From an uncultured Actinomycetes bacterium (GTDB taxonomy: Bacteria; Actinomycetota; Actinomycetes; S36-B12; UBA10799), in NCBI GenBank assembly GCA_963842975.1, contig CAWJIH010000007.1, forward strand, positions 109-64,108: 64,000 nucleotides of DNA, written 5' to 3'. Position 1 is the first letter of the stretch; each line of letters begins with the position of its first letter. The translations under genes were made by a program, and so were the position numbers. Positions 10,061 through 19,547 of the stretch are shown in pieces. A model generated the notes under the pieces. The model saw only the letters and a program-made list of their open reading frames with translations, had not been told where the DNA came from and searched no databases.

Positions 10061-10811
10061 TGCGGACTTGCGGATTGCACCAACACCACCCGCTGGCTCA
10101 GATCGCGAGGCGGATGGGTCATCGGCGACGGACTGGCAACTGCCTGACAACGGGCGCGTCACCGATCTGGACCCCTGGCGGCAGGCCACGTTGACGTGCG
10201 CCCGGTGCGGGTGGTCGGGCCCAGGAAGTGCCGCCTCCCAAGAACTATTCCGGCAACTACTCCAAGTGGACTGCCCCGAATGCGACGGCCGACTCCTGCT
10301 CGTCGGATTGCCAAGCGACGAGCAGATACGCCGGGAGGCCGACGCCGGCAACCCCATCGCCCTGGCACGAATGTCCACAGTGAACAGTCGCGAGGAGTTC
10401 TTCGCCAGAGTCGAGCGCGAGAAGTTGCGCGACCCATCGCTGCTACCTGACTTGGCAGGCGACAACTTGGACTTCCTCCTCACCCAGGATGACGACAACA
10501 GACTCGTCCTGCTCCACGACACCAGGGGACGCTCCGTTGGCAGCGGCAGGGGGTCAGACCTTTGGGACGTCAACCCAGAGAAGATCAAAGCCGGCCAGCC
10601 CGGGGTCCTTACCCTCCACACAGAGACCGCCGCGTTCGAAGACCTGGAACCAGTCTGGCGAATCATCTGGCTGCTCCACGCTCGCTACGGGGATCGCTTC
10701 CGCTACCTCGACCCCTGGGAGGCCGCATCTTGGCTCGAAGGCGACGGCGCAGGACTCAGCGCCAGTGATCTTGGTACCCACGCCAAACCCCGCCCTCGAA
10801 CTGAGCGCTGA
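9987..10811 (+). CDS. Zinc-ribbon hypothetical domain, in frame with the DUF429 C-terminus
   Basis: Two CxxC knuckles (TCARCGW, DCPECDG); C-terminal LHARYGDRFRYLDP...WLEGD. Confidence 0.6.
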   Translation: MAPVPDNFRAQARREGWIALPTSGLADLRIAPTPPAGSDREADGSSATDWQLPDNGRVTDLDPWRQATLTCARCGWSGPGSAASQELFRQLLQVDCPECDGRLLLVGLPSDEQIRREADAGNPIALARMSTVNSREEFFARVEREKLRDPSLLPDLAGDNLDFLLTQDDDNRLVLLHDTRGRSVGSGRGSDLWDVNPEKIKAGQPGVLTLHTETAAFEDLEPVWRIIWLLHARYGDRFRYLDPWEAASWLEGDGAGLSASDLGTHAKPRPRTER

Positions 10812-11257
10812 CGCTGGAGTGTCACCCAGGCTGGCACCGGACCAGCCCCCAAGTCTCACCCCCGTCCAAGTGTGCAAGGCCTCGCCGAAGACTTGACCGT
10901 CCCATTTGGCATCTGCGGCTGGCGTGAGCGTCGCGGTGACGTTGACGCCAACGGGCGAGGATCCCGCCGAACGTGCGGTCAGCGGCGCAGACCTGGGCGC
11001 GGACTGTGGTCTGGTGACGAGTGCCGAGATCGTGCTGCGCAACGAGGGTCCGGCCATTGCGAGTAGGCCGATCGGGTGGGCGAGTTGCTCGCCGAGATGG
11101 GCTGGGTCAGGCGACGGTTGCTGACACCTGGCAGCCTGCCGTTGAACGATTCCCGAGCGATATTGGTGGATAAGTCGCGCCCCGGGTAGCGGCGGAGCGG
11201 TGGGAGGAAAGGCACTCCCGCTGGTCAGGGTTGGTTCCCCCGGAGTCGCGAGGCCGG

Positions 11258-11596
11258 CTATGGCGCCAAGAGGAGGTCGAGGTCGTCGTTGACGGTCTGG
11301 ATGGTGTCCGGAAGTTCGGTCCATAGACGACCGTAGGCGATTTCCTCGTCCAATTGGTGTGCCAGTGAGTGACGGATGGTGGTGAGCACGCCCCATACCG
11401 GCAAGGATCGTTCATCCACAAGGCGCAGAGTAAGCAGCCGCGTTGCCGGCTCGGCCAGTCGCAGCCACAGGAACGCGATGGCGAACCGATACAGGTCGTC
11501 GTCGGTGTATCTACGCTGGTCGCCCCGGGTAGCGGCGCTGGCGAGGCGGTCGGTGGCCGCCGCCATCTCAACGAGATAGCGCCTGCGCGTGTTCAC
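11258..11596 (-). CDS. HepT/DUF86-like HEPN ribonuclease toxin (copy A)
   Basis: Rx4H motif IRHSLAH; 112 aa; GTGA overlap with the upstream partner. Confidence 0.75.
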   Translation of the reverse strand: MNTRRRYLVEMAAATDRLASAATRGDQRRYTDDDLYRFAIAFLWLRLAEPATRLLTLRLVDERSLPVWGVLTTIRHSLAHQLDEEIAYGRLWTELPDTIQTVNDDLDLLLAP

Positions 11597-11883
11597 AGCG
11601 GCACGGCTGTCTTGAGGTCGTCCCCGGCCCCCGGGTTTGCGGCGACCTCGTCCGGGAACATGTAGATGATGTGTTCGAAGCGTGAGCCGGCCTTCGCGGT
11701 GAAGGCATAGTTGGCCAGCAGCGCGGCGCCGTCGGTGATGGTGCCGACTAGGCGTCCCGTGTAGCCGACACGCACGTTGACGATCCCGAGCTCGGTGGCC
11801 AGGTCGAGGATCTCCTGGCGGTGGCTCAGGATGTAGTCCTTGTCGGCGTCTGGCATGTCGTCGATGAAGGCGATTTTCCCCAT
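11593..11883 (-). CDS. Degenerate MNT-like antitoxin (copy A)
   Basis: 96 aa with MNT-like layout (I..LA...G..NVRV ... A.PL C-terminus) but no GSx10DxD motif. Confidence 0.65.
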   Translation of the reverse strand: MGKIAFIDDMPDADKDYILSHRQEILDLATELGIVNVRVGYTGRLVGTITDGAALLANYAFTAKAGSRFEHIIYMFPDEVAANPGAGDDLKTAVPL

Positions 11884-11930
11884 GGAGTGAGAATACGTCG
11901 GTTGACGGCCTCCTCGAAAGTTATCCACAG
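11884..11930 (-). promoter_or_regulatory. Leaderless promoter (-10 TATTCT, 6 nt before ATG) with a perfect TTATCCACA DnaA-box-like site at 11921..11929
   Basis: The same architecture precedes the paralogs at 43471 and 44186. Confidence 0.55.
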
Positions 11931-11959
11931 CCGACGTGAGGCCTCGCTCATGCCTCAGC

Positions 11960-12442
11960 TCAGCCGGCGCCCGCGCCCGGGTCCTGGAGGACGCGCCCCA
12001 ACTCCGGGTGCTCCACGGTGGCAATGCCGCGATCGGCCAGCCACGCCAGGATGGCGTCTAACCGGTCACCTGGGAACCGCACGAAGGAGCCGTTCAGCAC
12101 GGTGTCGTCGATTACCGCGAACTCGGCGATGAGGTCGGCGGGCAGTTGAACTCCCATGACGCTCCACGGCGGCGAGGGCAGGTCGCCATCCTCGACGCCG
12201 GGCAGTTCGCGGAAGTTGAAGTCGTCGTCATCCCAGTCCAGCCCGTCTGCGCGTTCCCGGATTTCCTCCTCAAGTTCGGGTGCCACCGCAGCGACCTCAG
12301 ACCACGTCGTGCAGAACTGAACGTCCCACCAAGCGAGGGCCGTCTGGGCGTCGGCCTCGGGTAGCAGGATCACCTGATCCGCTGTCTCGGCCGGGTGCCA
12401 GCCCACGGTTGTGCGGGCCCACCAGAGGGTGTGCTTGGTCAT
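11960..12442 (-). CDS. Acidic hypothetical protein (160 aa)
   Basis: Strong RBS AAAGGAG before ATG 12442; a partial duplicate at 3411..3589 shows mostly synonymous divergence. Confidence 0.75.
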   Translation of the reverse strand: MTKHTLWWARTTVGWHPAETADQVILLPEADAQTALAWWDVQFCTTWSEVAAVAPELEEEIRERADGLDWDDDDFNFRELPGVEDGDLPSPPWSVMGVQLPADLIAEFAVIDDTVLNGSFVRFPGDRLDAILAWLADRGIATVEHPELGRVLQDPGAGAG

Positions 12443-12619
12443 GGTTTCTCCTTTGCAACAAGCAGGGGTGGTGCTCCGACCATAGCCGCACATAGGTCCC
12501 CGATTGCCGAATTGATGCTGGGTGAGGTCGGGCTTGCTCGAAACCCGACAGAAGCTGGGTGATTGACAGCGCAGGATTTGAACACACTTCACGGGCCCAA
12601 GCTCTAGCCGCCCGTAGAC

Positions 12620-14480
12620 TCACCAGGTCCAGTCGCGTGGTAGCTGGCCCAGATAGGTCAATTGTCCGTCCAAGAGTGTGGTCGCATGGCCGTCGCGGTC
12701 CACCCACACGCGGCCTCCCGAGGGACGGATCTTGAGCATCTCCTCTGCCAGGTGCGCCGCAACATGGCCATACTTTTCAGTCAGCGTTGCCACCGTTCGT
12801 GCAGTTCCGTCTGATGCGCCTCCCGGAATCGCCAATGCACGGGACTTGATCGATAGCACGAGAGTCTTGGATCCACGTGGCTCTGGCCACGGCTCCCCGG
12901 GGCGGATCCCCGCCGTTGGGTCAACAACTCGGAGTTGCTGACCCAAGATAGGTTCTGACGGCGTTTCCGAGTGACCAGAGACCGCGGTGTAAGTCTCAGA
13001 AGCGTCAGCAGCGTCTTGTACCGCCCAGGGTTCTTGGCAACGCACCAGGTCATCCGTCATCAGGAAGCGGACGATGTCACCTTCCCCGATGCGGTGGTGG
13101 CTTACCAAATGGTTGAAGAGACTCGACCAGCCGTACCACGTGCCGCCTTCGAGCCCAAGTCGCACATCGAATGCCACTGCATCGCAGCAGGCCACGTTGG
13201 GTCGCTTGTCACCGATTAGCGCGCGCAGTTCCTGATTGACTGTGACCACCCCCGACTTCAGGTAGTTGGTGCCCAAAGTCATGACCAGCTCGGTTCCGTC
13301 GGGCTCTGACGAATAGGCGATACTCGATGGGATCCGCATCGCCCGGGCGGCTCGTCGAAGAACGTCAGCTTCGTCAGGATCGATCTTTGCGCCGACCAAG
13401 TGGACCAGCCCCTGGTCCTTGCGGATGAGCGGCGAGAAACTCAGGTGAGAATTGATGCTGCCCACATTGCGGCCGTCCGCCCGTGCCCGGCGGAGGACTT
13501 CATCCACCGGTAGTACATAGTGCGGGTGATCGGACAAGAGCTCAAGCAGCCACAAGTCATTTCCCACGACAGCGACGTCGGGCGCATTTTCGGCGAGGAC
13601 GTAGCCAACACCTAGAGGTTTGATCACCTCAGCTTCGACTAATGCGGCCAGGACTGTCGCTTGTGGAGGGTGGGCGAAACGGCGCTTTCGCAGCACCCTC
13701 CCAATTCCCCTCGAATATCTCATCCCCAGTGAGGTTTCCGGCGATCTTCAGCTGGACGATGGCGGCATTTTCCACCGTTGTCGCCTTTTGTGTGCTGCAG
13801 AGTAGCCACGGCCCTACAACCGCGACGCGGGGGTAGACCTGCCTTGTCGCGGCCAGGACCTTATCCGCAGGAAGGGTCTGACCCTCAAGGCACACGGCTC
13901 GGACATCGAGAAAGCCAGATTTGTGACGTGTCTGGCGCACCGCACGCTTCACTTCGTCACTGACGATGGCTTGGCGTTCGCCTTCCGCCATACGACGCTC
14001 GAGTTCCAGCGAGAGGCCTTCGCGCCCATAAGCACTCAAGAGCTTCAGGATCCCGTCGGCTGACCACCGGCTTTCTGGGCTTGAAAGCCCGCTATCGATC
14101 AGAAGCTCAGTAACGTCAGCCGGCTCGTCCCAGTCAATGAGCTCAATGGCGTCAATGAGCGCTTCCGGAATAGGGCGTGGGTTCGGGTCACGAAACGACT
14201 CAGCCGCGAGCATCATTTGGCGGACCCGTTCGCGCGTCAGACCCAACGAGTCTCCGATTCTTGCGAGCGTCTCAGGCTCGAATCCCCAACCCCACCGACG
14301 CCTCAAGGGCGCAACCCACCTGGCCGGGTCACGCACTCCGGTGCGGGTTACGAGCTCTAGTGCCATGCGATGGGCGATCTTATCTAGTTCGCCGATCGAA
14401 TCCGGTTCGGAAGCGAGCTCATCAATCTGACCGTCCACATCCTCGCCAGTGAAGAGACGATCCCAGTTGACCACCATCAC
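12620..14480 (-). CDS. Sigma70-region-4-like HTH protein with C-terminal domain X; one frameshift at a G run near 13710
   Basis: ETLARIGDSLGLTRERVRQ helix-turn-helix. ORFs 13629..14480 and 12620..13723 join by removing one G in GAGGGGAATT. Start overlaps the GHKL gene stop. Confidence 0.7.
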
Positions 14481-16657
14481 CGGTCCTCAAGGGCTCCTTG
14501 GGCAACAGCGATGAGTCGCCCCGCCCTTTCGCGTTGTCTGTTTAGGACCCGAGCGGCATCCCAACTGAACTCTGGGCGTCGAAGCACTTCCCTTTCCACC
14601 AGCAAGTTTGCAAGCTCCAATCCGATCACCTCGGCCAGGACTGCCCTGGCAGCTGGGTCGTCCTCGCCCTTGTATCGCTCCTTCTTCTCGTCGTAGGGCC
14701 CGAGAAGACTCTTGAGGGTCTGGTGTCCTCCGTAGACGATGACATTCACACGCCCCTCCAGGTACTCGGCAGTGGCGCGTCGAACCGGGTGCGACTGCCC
14801 GCGCAGCTCAACGGTCAGATCAAGGCCTTGTGCCGGTGCACGCTCAACCACGTCGACTGTGCATGTGGCACGGCGGCCATCGTCAGCGACTGCACTGATC
14901 GTGACTGGCCCCAAGTGCTTGGTTGCCTCGACTCTGATCCGCGCTTCAACGTGACGGCCGTCGGTTGACGGCTGCATCGAATGAGAGGGCTGGGGAATGC
15001 TGACATTCGTGGGCTCAGCATGAACCTGAATCGATAGATCCAGGTCCGAGATTGGAGCGCGCAGGAGCAGGTTGCGGGCTCTTTCCGGGCTGACTGAGTA
15101 GCGCTGGCGTTCAAACCCGAGTTCGGTGACTTCAACCGCACCATGGTCCGAAGCCTCAACAACCACCAGCTCCGCGTATGCAACTGCGTCCCCTGATTGG
15201 GTGCGAAGTTGAGCTTCGCCGAGTTCGGTACCGGCGCTGATTCTGATTGTCGAGCTCATCGCCTCCAGACGTGGGTGGCGCCTCTGCTCACTCCCCGTTT
15301 GGGTGATTTCGAGTAGCCCGGCGGGGTTGCAGCGAACGATCTCAGCTTCAAAGGGGCGAGGAGTCGTCCCTGCGAGTCGGACTGTAAGAGTCCTCTCTTC
15401 ACCAGGGTGGAGGAAGAGTTTCGCCGGGATCACAGCAATCTCCGACACGTGGTCGGTCGAAGGACCAGGTCCGATGGGCTCAGCTTCGTCAATCTCGCGC
15501 AGCATCTCGCGCATCTGCATGCTCAAGGCCTTTTGGGCCGCCGCAAACGCGCGATTTAGGCGTTCGCCGGGCCGTCGGGCTCTGCCGCCGTCACCGGCAA
15601 GCCTGTCCAACACAGGCAGAAGTCTGATTGAGCACTGGCGCTGCAGTTCCTTGAAGAAGGGGTGCTCGCGGACAAGCCCGTCGCGATCGCGGGCAACGAG
15701 TCGTTGCGGGTTCTCTTCGGTTGCTTGGTCGTCATCGAAGGCCCTCACAAGAGCCTCGATTTGGGGTGCCACAACCTCGCCCGCAATCCAGCCTGCTTCA
15801 GGGCGCCCAGTGAACGAGAAGAGGGTGTTCTCGTACGTCGCGTTGCTTCCGGAGATGAGGATGCCGTGCTCGCTGTGATCCGTGAGCGGCTTTGTCACGC
15901 GAACCGGGAGTTTGCGAACGCGCAGCGAGACGTCCCCGTACGCCCCCACGGCGAATGCCGAATCAATTATGAGCTCGCCGCGGTCCTCGCGGGGCTCCAA
16001 CACCATGCGCTGGCCTGACTCCCTGGAGTCTGTCAAGAGCACTTCACGGCGCCGAAGCAGATTGCGCAGCTGCGCGTGGTCGCTGAGGCGTTCCACGAGG
16101 GCGGTCCGGCCAGGCACCTTCGTTGGCTTGGCGACAAAGACGGTCGCGGTTAGTCCAGCCTCGCCCCGGCTGAGTCCAAGGGCCTCCAGGATGCTTTCTT
16201 TTGGCAATGCATCGACAGGCTCGAGCAAGGACCAGTCGCCAACTCGTGTGAGGTCTAACCTATTGTACTTGCCCTCGCGCACTGCCTCAAAGCGGACGTG
16301 TCCCAGTGCAGCGACGTCCTTGGCCCCACGGCCAAAGAGGCCTCGCACCTGCCCGCCCCCCTGGAACTCCTCGTTGGTGCCGCCAAGGACGGCGAAACAA
16401 CTTTTCAAGCCCTCTGCGTCCAGACCCTTGGCCCTGTCGTGGACCTCCACAGCCCAGGGCATTCGCACGGTGTCGATACCGTCGCCCGCTGTTGTGGCAC
16501 GCACCACGATTTCAATCAGGTCTTGGCCGTCACCGTATGCATCGTCGGCATTGGTGATTAGCTCAACCAGGGCGCGCACGATGTCGCCGCGCATTGCAGC
16601 CATGGCGTCCTGTTCAAATGCTCTCTCGCCATACTCAACCCGCCCAGCCATTTTCAT
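14477..16657 (-). CDS. GHKL (MORC/Hsp90-like) ATPase with a long beta-rich C-terminal region
   Basis: Bergerat motifs ALVELITNADDAY, VHDRAKGL and RGLFGRGAKD; RBS GGAGGAG before ATG 16657. Confidence 0.85.
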   Translation of the reverse strand: MKMAGRVEYGERAFEQDAMAAMRGDIVRALVELITNADDAYGDGQDLIEIVVRATTAGDGIDTVRMPWAVEVHDRAKGLDAEGLKSCFAVLGGTNEEFQGGGQVRGLFGRGAKDVAALGHVRFEAVREGKYNRLDLTRVGDWSLLEPVDALPKESILEALGLSRGEAGLTATVFVAKPTKVPGRTALVERLSDHAQLRNLLRRREVLLTDSRESGQRMVLEPREDRGELIIDSAFAVGAYGDVSLRVRKLPVRVTKPLTDHSEHGILISGSNATYENTLFSFTGRPEAGWIAGEVVAPQIEALVRAFDDDQATEENPQRLVARDRDGLVREHPFFKELQRQCSIRLLPVLDRLAGDGGRARRPGERLNRAFAAAQKALSMQMREMLREIDEAEPIGPGPSTDHVSEIAVIPAKLFLHPGEERTLTVRLAGTTPRPFEAEIVRCNPAGLLEITQTGSEQRRHPRLEAMSSTIRISAGTELGEAQLRTQSGDAVAYAELVVVEASDHGAVEVTELGFERQRYSVSPERARNLLLRAPISDLDLSIQVHAEPTNVSIPQPSHSMQPSTDGRHVEARIRVEATKHLGPVTISAVADDGRRATCTVDVVERAPAQGLDLTVELRGQSHPVRRATAEYLEGRVNVIVYGGHQTLKSLLGPYDEKKERYKGEDDPAARAVLAEVIGLELANLLVEREVLRRPEFSWDAARVLNRQRERAGRLIAVAQGALEDR

Positions 16658-17248
16658 GCTGACATCTCCTCCCCGAAAATCACCGATTCTGCCGCTGACG
16701 CGAATGCAGCGAGGCTGTGGTCCTGCAACACTTGCCCTGCCCGGCGCACCTCTGACAGACGGCTGCGCCACGTCTCAGCTGGGCTTCCCGGAGAGCATTG
16801 GAGCGCATCCGCAATCTCGACGCGGGATGTTCGCCGACCTTCCGTCAACTCAGCAAAGGCGAAGCTCCCTTTCAAGTTTCGCCGGAGGGTTTCGTGGACG
16901 GCGGTTGGGGCACCTTGGACAGGCTGGGACCCACCGTATAGTCCCTGTAGCTGGGCAAGGTTGCGTTGACCCAAGCAACACCTTCGGGGGTCAATCGGCG
17001 AGACAAGGCGTGCGGTTTCGCGAGCAGTCCTGCGAGTTCCTTGGCTTCGACTGACTGCAGTGCTTTCGCGGTCTTCTTGTAGTCGGGAATCTCCGGATGC
17101 GTGCGCCAACCAAGTCGGGCTGGCGCATCTCGAAGGCCTTCAAGTAGATCTCTTCCACGTCAACATCCCGATCAGCACCCCCCAAGACATAGAGTGCCCA
17201 AACGAGAGCATCTTGGTTGTTTGCTCGTGAGCTTGCGTCCCTTGTCAT
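16654..17248 (-). CDS. Putative winged-helix protein (~200 aa), two frameshifts
   Basis: ALYVLGGADRDVDVEEIYLKAFEM / PARLGWRTHPEIPDYKK...LTPEGVAWV / HETLRRNLKGSF...EEMSA* lie in three frames; the stop overlaps the GHKL ATG. Confidence 0.55.
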
Positions 17249-17561
17249 ATGACCCCTCGGAAATGCAGTGCCTGTCATTTCGGAAATGCTTACGCGCTCT
17301 GAAAGGAGCGCTGGGCCTTTGATGCCCGGCGAACCTTATTCTAGTTGAGGGTTCCGACTGCCGCGGTCGCCATGAGAGACCGGTTGTTGACGTTCAACCG
17401 GTTGCCAGCAGCTCACCTCGTCAAACCGGATGGCGTTCGCTACTCCAGCTGTTTGAGTGGCATGCCGTTCTTGGCAGACTTGGGAATACGATCAAATCGC
17501 GGATCGAGCCATCGAAGGGGAACTCATGCCAAACGTAGACATTGGGCCATTGCGGATCCTG

Positions 17562-18093
17562 ATCGACGGCTGGCGAGCCAATACCGGACCATGGCCACCA
17601 ACCGGGCAACGGTGTAGTAGAGGGAACCAGCCACAATGCAGTCGCGCTGGCGCCTGGGGGAATAGCTCTCGACATCAGGTGTTTCTGGTACCCGGATGGG
17701 GGTGGAATCGTCGACTGCCCTTCTATCGGCACATCCCCGGCGGCTTTTGAAAGTATCCGGCGTGGCGCTCGAATGGGGGTGGTACGACGGTCGGATGGAG
17801 ATCTGGCTGTCACGCAATTCCGAGCCCTCAAGTTTGATGGTGCTCCTGACGGTGGTCGTCCCAGAATGATCACCGAGGACGATCTCGACGCTCTCGCCGG
17901 CGGTTCGGCGCGGGATCTCCTGATCGGTCTGGGTGCAACTGAATTGGGAGTCAAGTCAGAGGTGCTCGGCGTCAAGGGCAATGACCTTGTCCTCGCTTGG
18001 CCGCTCGAGGCGTCCCCGGTTGTTCCGTTTGTCGCGTATTCACTGACTCGAGTCATGCCGATCGTCCGGGCCCTAGACTTGGCTCACACATGA
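17562..18093 (+). CDS. Hypothetical protein, N-terminus disrupted or frameshifted
   Basis: Frame open from ~17562 to TGA 18093, which overlaps the next ATG (ATGA), indicating translational coupling. Confidence 0.5.
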
Positions 18094-19485
18094 GCGGAGC
18101 CAACCCGTTCAACGCGCACGTGCCCGCGGATGCTTCTCTGGGTCAGCTGAGCGCTTCAATGGATATCTTGATCAAGCTCGTGAGTTGGGAGCTCGGGGAG
18201 CACTACGATCGCGGGCTTTCGGTACTCGACTTCCCGCTAGGACCAGGTTGGCTTGAACGGCTGGGCGGCTGGCGCGGCGAAAGGTTCCGCCTGCATGACC
18301 CTTCATTCGTGTTTGCCGAGCCCGAGTTCCACCCCGACTCTGTGACGTGGCGCGTCCTGCCACCTCGAACTCCGGTTCTTGTTGACCAGTTGACCCGCGC
18401 ACGAAGAACGCGGAACTTCTGGGAACACCAAGCCGTCGACCAGGACCTCAATCGCTATGGCGAGAGCGTGCGTCGTTACCGGCAGCTTGCCGAGAGCCTG
18501 GGGCTTGAGTCGGTCGTTGACGTCTGCGACGAGCTTATTCGCGAGGTGAAGGCGATTCGCTTGCGAGGTGGAGCTCCCGCTCCTTCCTCAACCGGGGTCG
18601 TTGTGCAGTTGCAGGCACAGCTAGAGGACGCCGAGAAGGCTGTTGCAGAGGCACGCCGCGAACTCAACGAAAGGCAGTCGGAACAGGCGCGGCTGCAGGG
18701 CGATCAGGATCACAAACATGCGGAACTCAAGAAGCTGGTCGCAGCCAAGGAAGAGCAGTTGCTGCAGGCTCAGGATGATCTGACGCAAGTACGCGAGCAG
18801 CTGCAACTGATGCGCCAGGAGATCAGGCTGCAAGCGGTCGAAGAGGCCGAGGGTCTTGAGCCCGGCGAACCGTGGCGAGGTGCCCTCGGTTCTCGGGTGA
18901 TCTTCTTGAAGCCCCGGATGCGCGACCTTGTTGATCCGGAACTGGGAGTTTTGTTGTCGGACGAGCTTGGTCCTGTGGCGCGGGACGCGGCTCTTCGTTG
19001 GTTGGAGATTGAACCCGACGGTGGTCAGGTCCACCTCACGGCCGGTGGACACGCTGCCATCCAAAAGGGGCACTCGTTCCTGTACCTGGGTCAGCTGGAT
19101 ACGGCCATCAAATCCGTGGAGGAGGAGACCTCCAAGGCTGACGGTGGTAGCTCCGACGGGAACGGCTCCCTCCCGCGGGGAACGTGCTACGTCGACGCGA
19201 ACCCGGACACCTGGACAAGGCGCGCTGTTGCCGCACCAGCACGAGATCACCGCTGACAGAAAAGACATCTATCAGTACACGACCGAAAGACTACTTTCCG
19301 AGGTGCTCGGTCCCGCGGATGCCGAGTCGATTGCCGAGCAGCTTTGCGGTGACCTGACACCGGGCGAGCTCTTCCGTGTAACCAATGAGGGCGTTGTTTT
19401 GGCGAACAAGGGAGGCCAATACGTGCCACTGAGCCAGGTCGATCTTGACTACTGGTTCCGATGGGGGGAGACGCCGCAGTACTGA
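18090..19485 (+). CDS. Swt1-like HEPN domain, coiled coil, domain X and (after a frameshift near 19230) a second domain X copy
   Basis: Rx4H motif RNFWEH; heptad-rich QLQAQLEDAEKAVAEARRELNE... segment; PGEPW...GG.V....GHA...YLGQL. Frame 18928..19485 supplies LLSEVLGP...PG...VTNEG...GG...LSQVD. Confidence 0.7.
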
Positions 19486-19547
19486 GTGTCCTTGCCAACA
19501 GGTCGCACAGCAGCGCCAGAGGTTCGGCTTCCCCGGGCTTCTGTGAT

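Noticed and set aside
11921-11929. oriC based on a perfect DnaA box
   Set aside because: Single box, no cluster, and no dnaA/dnaN nearby.
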